Assembly (NCBI GenBank): GCA_963662615.2
Contig: CAXXSR010000001.1
Location: 1,696,001-1,760,000 of the forward strand
DNA: 64,000 nucleotides
Source of the DNA: Dehalococcoidia bacterium
GTDB taxonomy: Bacteria; Chloroflexota; Dehalococcoidia; Bin125
Direction: 5' to 3'
Below the pieces are notes generated by a model. That model searched no databases. It had not been told where the DNA came from and saw nothing but the letters and a program-made list of their open reading frames with translations. Position numbers and translations under genes: made by a program. Shown here one piece after another: positions 19,429-29,307 of the stretch. Position 1 is the first letter of the stretch. Each line of letters begins with the position of its first letter.

Positions 19429-20689
19429 GTCGATACTCGTCGCGCCGTCCCAGCAGCTGCGCCGCAATGAGCCCGGAGGCGGCGGTGAGCGCCGCCACCG
19501 CGTAGATAGCGATCGCAAAGCCGAAGAGGTCCGCCAGCACGCCGGCGAGGAGCGCGCCCACGACCGTGCCGGAGTCGCGCCAGAAGCGGTACACGCCCAG
19601 CGCATTCGCTCGCTCCTTCGGGGCCACGGCGTCGCCCACGGCCGCGAGCAACGTCGGGTACACCAGCGCGGTGCCCGCACCCAGCAGGAGCAGCGCCGGC
19701 AGCCAGATCCCAAATGACGAGCCAGCGCCGATCCACGCGATCGCAGTCGCTTGCAGCAACATCCCGCTGACGATCGGCCCGCGCCGGCCCAGCCGATCGC
19801 TCGCCCAGCCGGTCGGGATCTGCAAGGCCCCCCAAACCAGAGGGTAGGCGGCGGCAAGGATGGCGATCTCGCCCAGCGCGAGCCCGCGGCTGGCGAAGAA
19901 GAGCGGGAGCAGCGCCCACGCCATCCCGTCGTTCAGGTTCTTGACCAACCCTGCCTGCGAGAGCGCGACGAGGTCGCGGCGCCGCCAGCTCGCCTCCGCG
20001 AAGCTGCGCGCCAGGGAGCTACCTCGCCCGGCGACCGCCGAGGCCCGCGCCTCCAGCGCCACGAACCCGGTCGTGTCACGTACGAACAGCGCACTGAACG
20101 CGAGCCCCAGCGCCGCGAACCCTACGCCCAGGTAGAACGGCTCCGGCCGTACGCCCCATGACTGGGCGATCAGGCCGGTGAGGAATGCCGCGACGGCCAC
20201 CGCAGCGTAGCCGGCGGTTTCGTTCGCCCCGATCGCCAGGCCGCGACGCCGCGGGCCCACCAAGTCGACCTTCATATTCACGGTCATGGACCAGGTCAGC
20301 CCTTGGTTGATGCCCAGCAGCACATTGGCTCCCACAACCCAGCTCCAACTCGGAGCCCAGATCAGTAACAGCGGTACCGGCAGGCCGACCAGCCAGCCGG
20401 CGATCAGCACCCGTCGACGTGTCGTCCGGGTAGCGAGGTGTCCGGCCCAGAGGTTGGTGAGCGCCTTGGCACCGCCGAAACTCGCCACGAACGTGACCAC
20501 GACAACGCTGGAGGTGATGCCGAACTCGACCTCGGCGAGCAGCGGCACGATCGTGCGCTCCTGCCCCACCATCCCGCCAACGAATGCGTTGACGGCAACG
20601 AGCAGCGCGAACTGGCGCCAGTTGGCACGCAGCCCGAGCGCAGGTCGCGCGGGTGGGTGGTCGGGAAGGGGTGCCGCTCGCGCGCTCAT
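19421..20689 (-). CDS. MFS transporter
   Basis: About 12 TM helices, motif A GWASDRLGRR, VYRFWRDSG. Confidence 0.92.
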   Translation of the reverse strand: MSARAAPLPDHPPARPALGLRANWRQFALLVAVNAFVGGMVGQERTIVPLLAEVEFGITSSVVVVTFVASFGGAKALTNLWAGHLATRTTRRRVLIAGWLVGLPVPLLLIWAPSWSWVVGANVLLGINQGLTWSMTVNMKVDLVGPRRRGLAIGANETAGYAAVAVAAFLTGLIAQSWGVRPEPFYLGVGFAALGLAFSALFVRDTTGFVALEARASAVAGRGSSLARSFAEASWRRRDLVALSQAGLVKNLNDGMAWALLPLFFASRGLALGEIAILAAAYPLVWGALQIPTGWASDRLGRRGPIVSGMLLQATAIAWIGAGSSFGIWLPALLLLGAGTALVYPTLLAAVGDAVAPKERANALGVYRFWRDSGTVVGALLAGVLADLFGFAIAIYAVAALTAASGLIAAQLLGRRDEYRRA

Positions 20690-20793
20690 CGCCGCAGACG
20701 CGCCGCGCCGCGAGCTGCCTACAGACGAAGGACGGCAGGCATCAGTTCGTGACCGTGGGGGTCACTGCCGAGCCCGAGAGGCGGCCGCGCCGA

Positions 20794-22479
20794 CTACGAA
20801 CTCGTCGCTCTCTCTGATTCTTCCACTGGGACGATCTCGATGTCGTCGCGGAGCGCTTCGATCGGATCCCCCTCGCCCGCGCTTGCTCGCTCCGCTTCCA
20901 GGCCCAGGGCGCTCGCGAGGCGGCGGTACGCTTCAAGCGAGTCGCCGTACTTCCGATGCCCCGCAGTGTGGTTCGCGCAGGCCAGCAAGAGCGTGTCGGC
21001 GTCCTCCGACTTCACATGCTGGTAATCCTCCAGCAGGCAGAGGCCGATCTCCTGGTTGTGCGGGTCGTTCCCATGCTTCGCCGCGCCGAACGCCAGGGCC
21101 TCAATCAACGGCCGACGCTCGTAGCCGGCCTCCAGGTAGGCCCGCGTCCAAGCCACGCTCTGCTCCCGGTCCAGCGCCACCATCGCCGCCTCTAGCCGAT
21201 GCAGGATCGCGTCCCGTGACAGCGCATCGGCGCCGTCCGGGACGGTGACGATCGCGCGGCCGTGGCCGGGCATGTTCCGCGCCCAATGCGCGCACTGGTG
21301 GATGAAGGAACCGGCAACGTACAGCAGCTTCACCCGATGTGGGTGCTCGAACGTCTCGTAGAACCAGCGCAGCGTGTTCGTGTACTCGTAGCCGTGCTGT
21401 GGCATGGAGAAGTTGTCGGGCTGCGCCGTCTCCAAAATCACACGGGCCGCCGCGATCTGAATTGCGTCAAGGATCCGCTGCGGAGCCCGCCCCGCCTTGA
21501 GCAGCCGCGTGATCTGCTCAATGTAGGCCGGCTCCGGCGCCTTCGTGATCGCCTCGATGAGAGACTCCGTCTCCGGCGCCGTCAGCGGCGCGGCGTTGGC
21601 GAAGAGCTCGGCATCGCGGCGGCTCTGCCGTGTCGGCTCCTTCCTCGACGCGGGCGGCTCATCCTCCAGCTCGTACATGGCCACTTGGCACGCCATCTCG
21701 TACGCGGAGTGCCAATGCGGTCCCACCGCCAGATCGGGCACGCCCGCGTAGATCACGTGCCGCGCCCGGTCCCAGCCGATCGCCCGGCCCAGCTCCACGG
21801 TCGCCCGAGCCCGGAAGGCCTTGTGCCCCGTGGTGTACGAGGTGTTCCACAACATGCGGTCCTGGACGTCAATGAGGCCGGCGAAGACAAGTTGCGCTAG
21901 CAGCTCGTCCCGATGCTCCACCTCGTCGAATAGGCCCAGGAACACGCGATAGGCTCGTTGGACCTCGCCCTGCTGGACGAGCGTCAGCCACTCGTTCAGC
22001 CCCTCCTGGAACTCCAGCTCCAGATACAGCGGCTCCTCATCCGGCCAGTGGCATTCGGGCGCGGGGAACTTTTCATCGCCCTGCGCCGATCGCGGTCCAC
22101 GACGGGCGTAGTGACCCGGCATCTTCCCCAGCAGTTGGTTCCAGGGATCGAGGCCCGTTGGCACGTACCAGACCGTCTGGGCCAGCGGCAATGCGCGGTA
22201 CGCCTCAGGTATGAAGCGCCGCAGTCGCAGGGTCGCCGACGCGCTCAGCAGGCAGTGATCGTTGTTGACGAAGCGGAACATCCCACCGTCGATGCGTTGG
22301 TGATAGGGCATGTGGGTGTAGGGGGCGTGGACCCGAACCGTCTCGCTCAGGATCTCTGTGACCGAGCTGCCCGCGGCCAGGAGGTCATACACCACGGTGC
22401 TCGCGCCTATCTGATCCCGGTCCAGAATCCGCGCCTCGAGATCGGCGTACGCGCCTTGAGCTAGGCTATCGTCGTTCAT
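20794..22479 (-). CDS. Conserved hypothetical helical protein with four His-bearing internal repeats
   Basis: Long ORF with coding-like codon usage from ATG 22479. Repeats end in NNDHCLL, TTGHKAF, MPQHGYE and NDPHNQE. Confidence 0.75.
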   Translation of the reverse strand: MNDDSLAQGAYADLEARILDRDQIGASTVVYDLLAAGSSVTEILSETVRVHAPYTHMPYHQRIDGGMFRFVNNDHCLLSASATLRLRRFIPEAYRALPLAQTVWYVPTGLDPWNQLLGKMPGHYARRGPRSAQGDEKFPAPECHWPDEEPLYLELEFQEGLNEWLTLVQQGEVQRAYRVFLGLFDEVEHRDELLAQLVFAGLIDVQDRMLWNTSYTTGHKAFRARATVELGRAIGWDRARHVIYAGVPDLAVGPHWHSAYEMACQVAMYELEDEPPASRKEPTRQSRRDAELFANAAPLTAPETESLIEAITKAPEPAYIEQITRLLKAGRAPQRILDAIQIAAARVILETAQPDNFSMPQHGYEYTNTLRWFYETFEHPHRVKLLYVAGSFIHQCAHWARNMPGHGRAIVTVPDGADALSRDAILHRLEAAMVALDREQSVAWTRAYLEAGYERRPLIEALAFGAAKHGNDPHNQEIGLCLLEDYQHVKSEDADTLLLACANHTAGHRKYGDSLEAYRRLASALGLEAERASAGEGDPIEALRDDIEIVPVEESERATSS

Positions 22480-22678
22480 GGGCTGCGTCTCCAAGCTCTG
22501 CTCCGCCCACGCCCCGGCGCAGCGTCCGCCTTGCGGCCGCGGCGCGGGCCGTCCACCATGATCTCGCGCCCAGTCTCTCTCGACACGCCTGTGTTGGCAA
22601 TGGTACGGCCTTCTGATCGAGTCTGAGCGGCAGACGGCGACCTGACGATGGAGCCAACCGGGACCGGCTCCGGCACCC

Positions 22679-24766
22679 TCACCTGATTGCCGTGCGAACC
22701 AAGATGAGTTGGTCGGCGGCGGACTCGGGCGCCCAGACCTCCCCGGGCCGGCCGAGGATCTGGCGAACGTTCCCCGGAGTGCTGGGGAGGGGAAGGGTGG
22801 TGAAGGACTCGGTCCCAGGATCGAAGCGGTGGAGCGCGTTGCCACCGAAATCGCTCACCCAGATGATGTCGTCGGCGTCCACGAAGACCGCGTAGGCCTT
22901 TGCTGCTTCGCCGGGAAGCGGCCACTCCTGCCACGTCTCATCTGCCGGGTCAAAGCGGGCGAGTTGACCGGCGTTCCATTCGCTGACCCAGATGCGGCCC
23001 AGGGAGTCGGACCAGACGCGACGCGCCCCTTGGTTCGGCGTAGGCGGCTCGAGCACAGTGACCGCTCCAGATTCGAGATCGATGCGGCCCAGGTAACTCC
23101 CGGCGAGGGAAGCGAAATAGACTTGGCCGTCCGGCGTATTGGTGATTCCGTAGGGGCCCCGGCCGCGCGGCGTATCGAAGACGTCCATGTCGCCGGTTGC
23201 GGGATCGAGCCGACCAATGACTCCGTTTTGGCCCGTGAACCAGATGCGCCCCTCGCCATCGAACGTCGCCGTATTGAGATTGGCGCCGGATCTGTCGGCG
23301 GGGAGGGGAAACACCTCGACGGCATCGGTCTCTGGATCGACGCGGACGATGGCATTGAGGCCGCCGTCCGTGATCCAGGGGGCGCCGTCGGGGCCGACGA
23401 TCACGCCGTGCGGGCGCGAGCCGGCGCCGAGAGGGATATGGCGGGTAGCGCCGGTGACGGGATCGAGCCAGCCCAGCGCTCCCGCCCCTTGGGCGGCGTA
23501 CCAGACGCCGCCGTCGGCGGCCGGGGCCACATCATGCGGCCGCGATCCCGCCGGGACGGGGAACGCGTCGATCACCAGCTCCTCGGCCGGGATCGGAGAC
23601 AGCGCCCGCGCCTGGGGAGCGGCCGTCCCCGCCGGGAGGAACTTGTGCACCACGTTGTTCCCGGTATCGGCGAGATAGATGGCCCCGTCCAGGCCGGTGG
23701 CGGTGCCGTGGGGGAAGCGCAAAGGGGCGTCGGAGGGGAAGAGCCCGAGCCGACTTCCCTCCGCGTCGAAGGCTAGGACCTGGCCGTCGCCGGGACCGGC
23801 GAGGTACCAACCGCCGCCCGGGATCGCTGAGATGATCTGCGGGTCGGACAGTCCGAGGTCGTCGTAGATCGCCAGCGGCTCGCCCTCCGGGCTGAACTTC
23901 TGCACGCGCTTGTTGCCCGTATCGACGACCAAGACGTTGCCGTTCACGTCCAGATCGAGCCCGATCGGGCGGAGCAGCTGCCCCGGCGCGGACCCGCGTT
24001 CTGCGAAGCTGAAGAGGAACACACCCGCGGTCGTGAACACTTGGACGCGGTTGTTGCCGAAGTCCGCAACGTACACGCGGCCGTCAGAGCTGATGTCGAT
24101 ACCCATCGCGGACAGGAACTGTCCAGGTCCGTTCCCGTCCCTCCCCCAGCTCGTGACCAGCTCCCCGTCCGCAGTGAATTTTTGCACCCGGTGCGCGCCC
24201 GACTCCGCCACGTAGACGAAGCCATCCGCGTCTACGGCGATCCCCGTCGGGGCCAGGAGTTGCCCGGGCTCCGAGCCCGTACAGCCCCAGCGCGCCAGCT
24301 CGTCGCCGTCGGGGGCGAACTTGAAGACGCGGCCGCCGCTAAACTCGGTCAGATAGACGTTGCCGTCGGGCCCGATGTCGATCTGGTTCGGCCTGTCGAA
24401 GTCGCCGTTCTCGCCCCACACGGCGACCTGCACAATGTCGAGCGCCGGGAGAACCTGCGCCCGCGCGGGCTCCGCGGCTTCCTCCGCTTCCTCCGCTTCC
24501 TCCGCTTCCTCCGCGTCCGCCCCGGGCGCTGTGGTCTCGGCTACGTTCGTGGTGCCCGCCGACGTGTCATCCTCCGCTTGCTCCGCGTCGATCGGCTGAG
24601 ACTCGTCGCTCGGTGTCGCCTGTGCAGCCGGGGCTGCCGGAGGCTTCGGCTCGCTGCCGGAGCCTCCGCAGGCGGCCGTAAGTAGCGCAACGAGGGCCAT
24701 CGCCCCGACGAGCGGACCCAGCCTTCCCTCCCCAAGCCGGCTCAAGGCTCTTTGCACGTCTAACAT
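22679..24766 (-). CDS. Lipoprotein with an NHL-repeat propeller fused to a Vgb-like (virginiamycin B lyase family) propeller
   Basis: Lipobox LTAAC, NHL repeats (PTGIAVDADGFVYVAESGAHRVQKF), Vgb-like blades (PHDVAPAADGGVWY, PYGITNTPDGQVYF). Confidence 0.85.
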   Translation of the reverse strand: MLDVQRALSRLGEGRLGPLVGAMALVALLTAACGGSGSEPKPPAAPAAQATPSDESQPIDAEQAEDDTSAGTTNVAETTAPGADAEEAEEAEEAEEAAEPARAQVLPALDIVQVAVWGENGDFDRPNQIDIGPDGNVYLTEFSGGRVFKFAPDGDELARWGCTGSEPGQLLAPTGIAVDADGFVYVAESGAHRVQKFTADGELVTSWGRDGNGPGQFLSAMGIDISSDGRVYVADFGNNRVQVFTTAGVFLFSFAERGSAPGQLLRPIGLDLDVNGNVLVVDTGNKRVQKFSPEGEPLAIYDDLGLSDPQIISAIPGGGWYLAGPGDGQVLAFDAEGSRLGLFPSDAPLRFPHGTATGLDGAIYLADTGNNVVHKFLPAGTAAPQARALSPIPAEELVIDAFPVPAGSRPHDVAPAADGGVWYAAQGAGALGWLDPVTGATRHIPLGAGSRPHGVIVGPDGAPWITDGGLNAIVRVDPETDAVEVFPLPADRSGANLNTATFDGEGRIWFTGQNGVIGRLDPATGDMDVFDTPRGRGPYGITNTPDGQVYFASLAGSYLGRIDLESGAVTVLEPPTPNQGARRVWSDSLGRIWVSEWNAGQLARFDPADETWQEWPLPGEAAKAYAVFVDADDIIWVSDFGGNALHRFDPGTESFTTLPLPSTPGNVRQILGRPGEVWAPESAADQLILVRTAIR
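24477..24512. repeat. (GCTTCCTCC)x4 coding tandem repeat (EEA linker)
   Basis: Four exact 9-mers. Confidence 0.85.
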
Positions 24767-25788
24767 CGCGCCGCCGCACCCGTCGCCGAGTCCGGCGGGC
24801 TGCCCGCGGCGAGGCGGTACGCATAGTCCATGGCGGAGGTCATATTGGCCGGGTTGGCGATCCCCTGGCCGGCGATGTCGAATGCCGTGCCGTGATCCAC
24901 GGAGGTGCGGATGATGGGCAAGCCGACGGTGACGTTGACGCCTTCGTCGAACGCCAACAGTTTCATCGGCACGTGTCCCTGGTCGTGGTACATCACGACG
25001 ACGACGTCCCAGCGGCCCTCATAGGCCTGGCGGATTGCGGCATCGGCCGGCAGCGGCCCCGCGACTTGCATTCCCTCGCGCACGGCCTCTTCGCAGGCGG
25101 GGCGGATTTCATCTTCGTCCTCGTTGCCGAAGAGCCGGGATTCGCCCGCGTGGGGGTTCAAGCCGCAGACTCCGATCCCGGGTTCCGGGACGCCGAGTTG
25201 TTTGAGGTGGTGGTGCGCAGCCCTGATCGTCTCGAGGATGCGTTCGCGCTTGACCATCTTGACCGCCTGGGCAATGGAGACGTGGGTGCTGACATGGATG
25301 ACGCGGAGCTTCGGGGAGCCCAAGAGCATGAAGTAGTTGCGCGTGCCACAGAGATGTCCGAGGAGGCCGGTGTGCCCGTCAAACTTGTGGCCGGCGACGT
25401 GCAGGGCCTCTTTGTTCAGCGGAGCCGTGACGATTGCGTCGATGCCGCCGGCGAGGGCGAGCTCTGCGGCGCGCACGACGTACTGGTAGGCCGCTTCGCC
25501 GTGGTAGGCCGCAACCTTTCCGGTCTGGACCCGCAAAGGGTCGCAGTTTTCGATGTGCACCACATCGATCGAGCCTTTTTGCGGCGAAGCATCGGCGGGG
25601 TCGCCAATCGCGCGGACGGTCCAGCCGGGAACCCACGCCTCCGCCGCTCCCCGCACCACGCGGGCGTCGCCTACGACCAGAGGGCGGGAGCGCTGGCGCT
25701 CAATTTCTCCCGGCAGCGCCTTGACGGTGACTTCGGGGCCGATCCCCGCCGGGTCACCAATGGTTATGCCGATGACGGGATGGGTCAT
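24760..25788 (-). CDS. pdxA: 4-hydroxythreonine-4-phosphate / D-threonate-4-phosphate dehydrogenase (PdxA2-type)
   Basis: GDPAGIGPE, TAPLNKE, GHT, LNPHAGE, MYHDQGH, RTSVDHGTAFDIAG. Adjacent to a DUF1537 kinase. Confidence 0.93.
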   Translation of the reverse strand: MTHPVIGITIGDPAGIGPEVTVKALPGEIERQRSRPLVVGDARVVRGAAEAWVPGWTVRAIGDPADASPQKGSIDVVHIENCDPLRVQTGKVAAYHGEAAYQYVVRAAELALAGGIDAIVTAPLNKEALHVAGHKFDGHTGLLGHLCGTRNYFMLLGSPKLRVIHVSTHVSIAQAVKMVKRERILETIRAAHHHLKQLGVPEPGIGVCGLNPHAGESRLFGNEDEDEIRPACEEAVREGMQVAGPLPADAAIRQAYEGRWDVVVVMYHDQGHVPMKLLAFDEGVNVTVGLPIIRTSVDHGTAFDIAGQGIANPANMTSAMDYAYRLAAGSPPDSATGAAARC

Positions 25789-27083
25789 CTTGGTGTGTTC
25801 GGCAGGGATCCCAGGTAGGTGAGCAGCCTGGAGATGGTGTGGTCGTCTCCGAATGCCCCGGCTTTGGTGGCAATCACGGTGCCGTCAAGCTCACCGCCGT
25901 CGATGATGCCGGCCGGTACTCCCGGCAATGGCTCGGCGCGGAGAACGATACCACGAGCACGAACGGCGGCCAGGACTCCCAGAGCAGTATCTCCGCCAAT
26001 GATGACCAGTGCCGCGGGTGGCCTGCTCAAGAGCGAGGGACCGATCAGGCGACCCAACATTTCGGTGAGGCGGCTGGCGCCCGTCCGCATCGCCTGTGGT
26101 GAGATGCTGGTGGAGGGGAACGTGAGCCGCGCCCGCATGGCCGAGGGCCTGGGTGCGGGAGCAGATCGCCCGTCGGGATCAGGAGCATCGTCGCCGTCGA
26201 CGGTGACGTTGCCGGACGCGTCCATCGTGAATCGGATCGTGTGAACGGTGAGGCCGTGCGAGTCTTCCGCGGCGGAGAGTTGGCGGTCAACCAAGTCTCG
26301 CTGACTGGCCGTGACGACGAGCACTTGCCCACTCTCGGGCGCCGGGTTCGGTGGCGTGGCCGGCGCGGGAGAGGCAGGAACCTGGCGTGCGAGCGCGGCC
26401 GCGAGGCCGGCAGAGCCGGCGAACAAGATCTTCCCGCCATCCGCCGCAAGTCCGGCGGCGGCGAGTGCTGTGAGGTCGCTTTCGGTTTCTGCGTCGCAGA
26501 CGAGCACTGAGCTGGCGCTGTCGGCGGCAGAGGCAAGGATGGCCGGCAGCCGCGCAGAGCGGACGTCGGCCAGGGGCAGCTCAGTGACCGGCAGAGAGCA
26601 GTCCAGGCGCAGGACATCGGCGACCCTGTCGAACGGCACTGGCGAGAGCGGGTCTTTGCCGACATCGGTTTCGGTCACAAGTCTGCCATCCACGCGAAGG
26701 AGGCCACCGGAAACGGTCCGCCCGTTTTCCGGGAAGGCAGGGGTTGCCACGGTGCATTTCGCCCCCAGTGCCCGGGCGGCGGCGGCGATCTCACAGCCCG
26801 GGTGGCCGCGCATCGTGGAGTCGACTTTTACGTAGGTGACGGCAGGCTGCAGCGCGGCGACTGTCGCGGCCGACGCGGCGGCTACGGGCCCGGCTTGGTT
26901 GGGTGGGAGACGGCGAGTGTCCAGGTTGAGCGAAAGAGCGCCTCGTGGGGTGGGAGGGAGTTCGGGGCCGATTGCGACATACACCGGGTGCGCCCTGCCC
27001 AGAAACGTGGCCGCGCAGTCGACGGCGCCGGTGAGGTCGTCTGCCAGCACTGCGATATTGAGCCTGTCATCAGTGTCGGCCAT
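25785..27083 (-). CDS. Four-carbon acid sugar kinase (DUF1537, DtnK/DenK family)
   Basis: LADDLTGAVD, KVDSTMRGH, PAFPENGR, GSAGLA, GGDTA, TKAGAFG. Confidence 0.92.
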   Translation of the reverse strand: MADTDDRLNIAVLADDLTGAVDCAATFLGRAHPVYVAIGPELPPTPRGALSLNLDTRRLPPNQAGPVAAASAATVAALQPAVTYVKVDSTMRGHPGCEIAAAARALGAKCTVATPAFPENGRTVSGGLLRVDGRLVTETDVGKDPLSPVPFDRVADVLRLDCSLPVTELPLADVRSARLPAILASAADSASSVLVCDAETESDLTALAAAGLAADGGKILFAGSAGLAAALARQVPASPAPATPPNPAPESGQVLVVTASQRDLVDRQLSAAEDSHGLTVHTIRFTMDASGNVTVDGDDAPDPDGRSAPAPRPSAMRARLTFPSTSISPQAMRTGASRLTEMLGRLIGPSLLSRPPAALVIIGGDTALGVLAAVRARGIVLRAEPLPGVPAGIIDGGELDGTVIATKAGAFGDDHTISRLLTYLGSLPNTPR

Positions 27084-27321
27084 GCGCATAAGTTATACGG
27101 CGTGCCGGTCCACTCATGGCAGCGACACCGGCAGGATCGACAGAAGCATCTTCCCCAGCCCCAGGCCGAGCAGTGCTTCCGCCAGGAGTGTGCGCCATGT
27201 GCCGGAGGGTTCGTTCATGGCGTCTCCTCGTCGCACTTGGGACGAGGCGAGGGTGCGCGGTCCAGCACCGAGATCCGCCAGAGCCAACGACCTCTGGTCG
27301 GGCGCATACAATTGAGAAGCG

Positions 27322-28479
27322 ATGGCCACCAAGGGAGACGAGAGCGCGGGATCTACTGATCGCTCGCTGTTGCAAGCGATGAGCGATGCCATCTTGGCGA
27401 TGGCAGCCGAGCCCCGGATCGAGCGAATTCTTCAGGGCCTGGTGGAGAGCGCCGGGGCACTGGTTAACGCCCGCTACGCCGCGCTCGGCATCCCCGACGA
27501 CGAGGGCGATGGCTTCGCCAGCTTCATCTACACCGGCATGAGCGACGAGCTGGTCGCCAAGATCGGCCCGCTGCCTCGGAGGCATGGACTGCTTGGCGCC
27601 ATGCTGCGCGAGACGCGGCCCTTTCGCTCGTCCGACATCGGCAAGGATCCCCGGTTTCAATGGTGGCCGGAGGCTCACCCGCAGATGTCGTCGTTCCTTG
27701 GCGTGCCGATCGTCTCCCAAGGGAACGTGATCGGAGCGTTTTACCTGACGGACAAGATGGAGGCGGAGACGTTCTCCGAAACGGACCAAAAGACCATTGA
27801 GATGCTCGCCGCTCACGCCGCGGTCGCCATAGAGAACGCGCGGCTGTACGAGCGGAGCCGAGAGGCGTCCGTGATTGAAGAGCGGAATCGCCTGGCCCGT
27901 GAGCTCCACGACTCCGTGTCCCAAACCCTCTTCGGCATTGCGCTGACCGCTGAGGCCGCTGCGACCACGGTCGACGAAGAGCCGCACGTCGCCAAGAGGC
28001 AGCTTGAAACCCTCCGCGATTCCGCCCGCGCTGCGCATCACGAGATGCGATCTCTCATCTTTGAGCTGCGCCCGGCGGCACTGGAGTCGGATGGGTTGGT
28101 CCCGACGCTGCGGAAGCATGTCGACGTGTTGCGGCGGGTCACGCACAAGGAGATCGAGCTGCGGGACGCGGACTACACGCGTCAGCCTCCCAAGATTGAG
28201 GGCGAAGCGTTCCGCATCCTCCAAGAGGCGCTGAATAACGCCGTGCAGCACTCATCGGCCAGCCGCATCGAGATTGAGTTGGTCGTGCAGAGCGGACGCC
28301 TGCGGATCGCCGTATCCGACGACGGCATCGGCTTCCAGGCGAGCGATCCGCGAATCAGGGGCCGCCGCCTTGGCATCACGTCCATGGAAGAGCGAGCCGA
28401 AGGCCTGGGGGGCCATCTCCACATCGCCTCGGCAGTTGGCGGCGGGACGCGCGTCGAACTGGAGGTCCCCGTTGACTGA
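27322..28479 (+). CDS. Cytoplasmic GAF-domain sensor histidine kinase (HisKA_3)
   Basis: GAF segment (HPQMSSFLGVPI..FYLTDK), ERNRLARELHDSVSQ, QEALNNAVQHS, DDGIGF. No TM. Confidence 0.93.
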   Translation: MATKGDESAGSTDRSLLQAMSDAILAMAAEPRIERILQGLVESAGALVNARYAALGIPDDEGDGFASFIYTGMSDELVAKIGPLPRRHGLLGAMLRETRPFRSSDIGKDPRFQWWPEAHPQMSSFLGVPIVSQGNVIGAFYLTDKMEAETFSETDQKTIEMLAAHAAVAIENARLYERSREASVIEERNRLARELHDSVSQTLFGIALTAEAAATTVDEEPHVAKRQLETLRDSARAAHHEMRSLIFELRPAALESDGLVPTLRKHVDVLRRVTHKEIELRDADYTRQPPKIEGEAFRILQEALNNAVQHSSASRIEIELVVQSGRLRIAVSDDGIGFQASDPRIRGRRLGITSMEERAEGLGGHLHIASAVGGGTRVELEVPVD

Positions 28480-29122
28480 CACGATTAGCGTCCTGGTGGT
28501 CGATGACCATGCGGTCGTGCGCCAGGGTCTGCGAGCGTTCCTTGACGTCCAGGATGACATCGAGATCGTGGGCGAAGCGGCGGATGGGGATGAGGCGATT
28601 CGGCAGGTGCAGGAGTTGGTGCCCGACGTGGTCCTGATGGACCTCGTCATGCCAAAACTCGATGGTATCAGCGCGATTCGCGAGCTCCGTTCCCGCAGCC
28701 CATCGACCAAGGTGATCGCACTGACCACCTTCGCCGACGACGAGAAGCTGTTCGCCGCCGTGAAGGCGGGGGCCGCCGGCTACCTGCTGAAGGACGTCCA
28801 CCCTCAGCAGCTCGGCGAAGCGATCCGGAGCGTCCATCGCGGCGAAGCGCCTCTCCACCCCACGGTCGCCGCCAAGTTGATGCGAGAGGTCGCTGAGCCA
28901 CGCCGCCGTGCGGACGCTCCAGACGCTCTCACCCCGCGTGAGCTCGAGGTGCTCGGGCTCATCGCCCAGGGCAAGTCCAATAAGGAAATCGCCCTGGAGC
29001 TGCGAGTCGCGGAGAAAACCGTCAAGACCCACGTCAGCAACGTGCTGCAGAAGCTGCACCTGGCCGATCGCACCCAGGCCGCGCTCTACGCCGTTCGCGA
29101 GCACTTGGCGGATCTGGATTAG
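28472..29122 (+). CDS. NarL/LuxR family response regulator
   Basis: VVDDHAVVRQG, VLMDLVMP, LTPRELEVL..GKSNKEIA..TVKTHVSN. TTG start overlaps the kinase stop. Confidence 0.93.
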   Translation: MTDTISVLVVDDHAVVRQGLRAFLDVQDDIEIVGEAADGDEAIRQVQELVPDVVLMDLVMPKLDGISAIRELRSRSPSTKVIALTTFADDEKLFAAVKAGAAGYLLKDVHPQQLGEAIRSVHRGEAPLHPTVAAKLMREVAEPRRRADAPDALTPRELEVLGLIAQGKSNKEIALELRVAEKTVKTHVSNVLQKLHLADRTQAALYAVREHLADLD

Positions 29123-29195
29123 CTCTTCCCCCAGAGGTCGTCCTTCTTCGTCGGCCTCGCCCTTCGTCTCCCTGTGCGCTCCAGGCAACACAGCA

Positions 29196-29209
29196 CCCTA
29201 GGACTAGGG
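29196..29209. promoter_or_regulatory. Palindrome upstream of the SDR gene; candidate response-regulator site
   Basis: CCCTAG-GA-CTAGGG in the RR-SDR intergenic region. Confidence 0.4.
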
Positions 29210-29307
29210 CGAATTACCGACGCCGCGTGCGTCCGCGGTCCGATGTGGCGGGAATGCCGTCTTCCTAGATTGCAACTACACAGGTTGGTTGACCAAGGAG
29301 AACAGTC

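Noticed and set aside
22679-23580. Calling the Vgb-like domain a streptogramin B resistance gene
   Set aside because: Only the propeller family is supported; the catalytic His motif of Vgb is not evident and the protein is a lipoprotein fusion.
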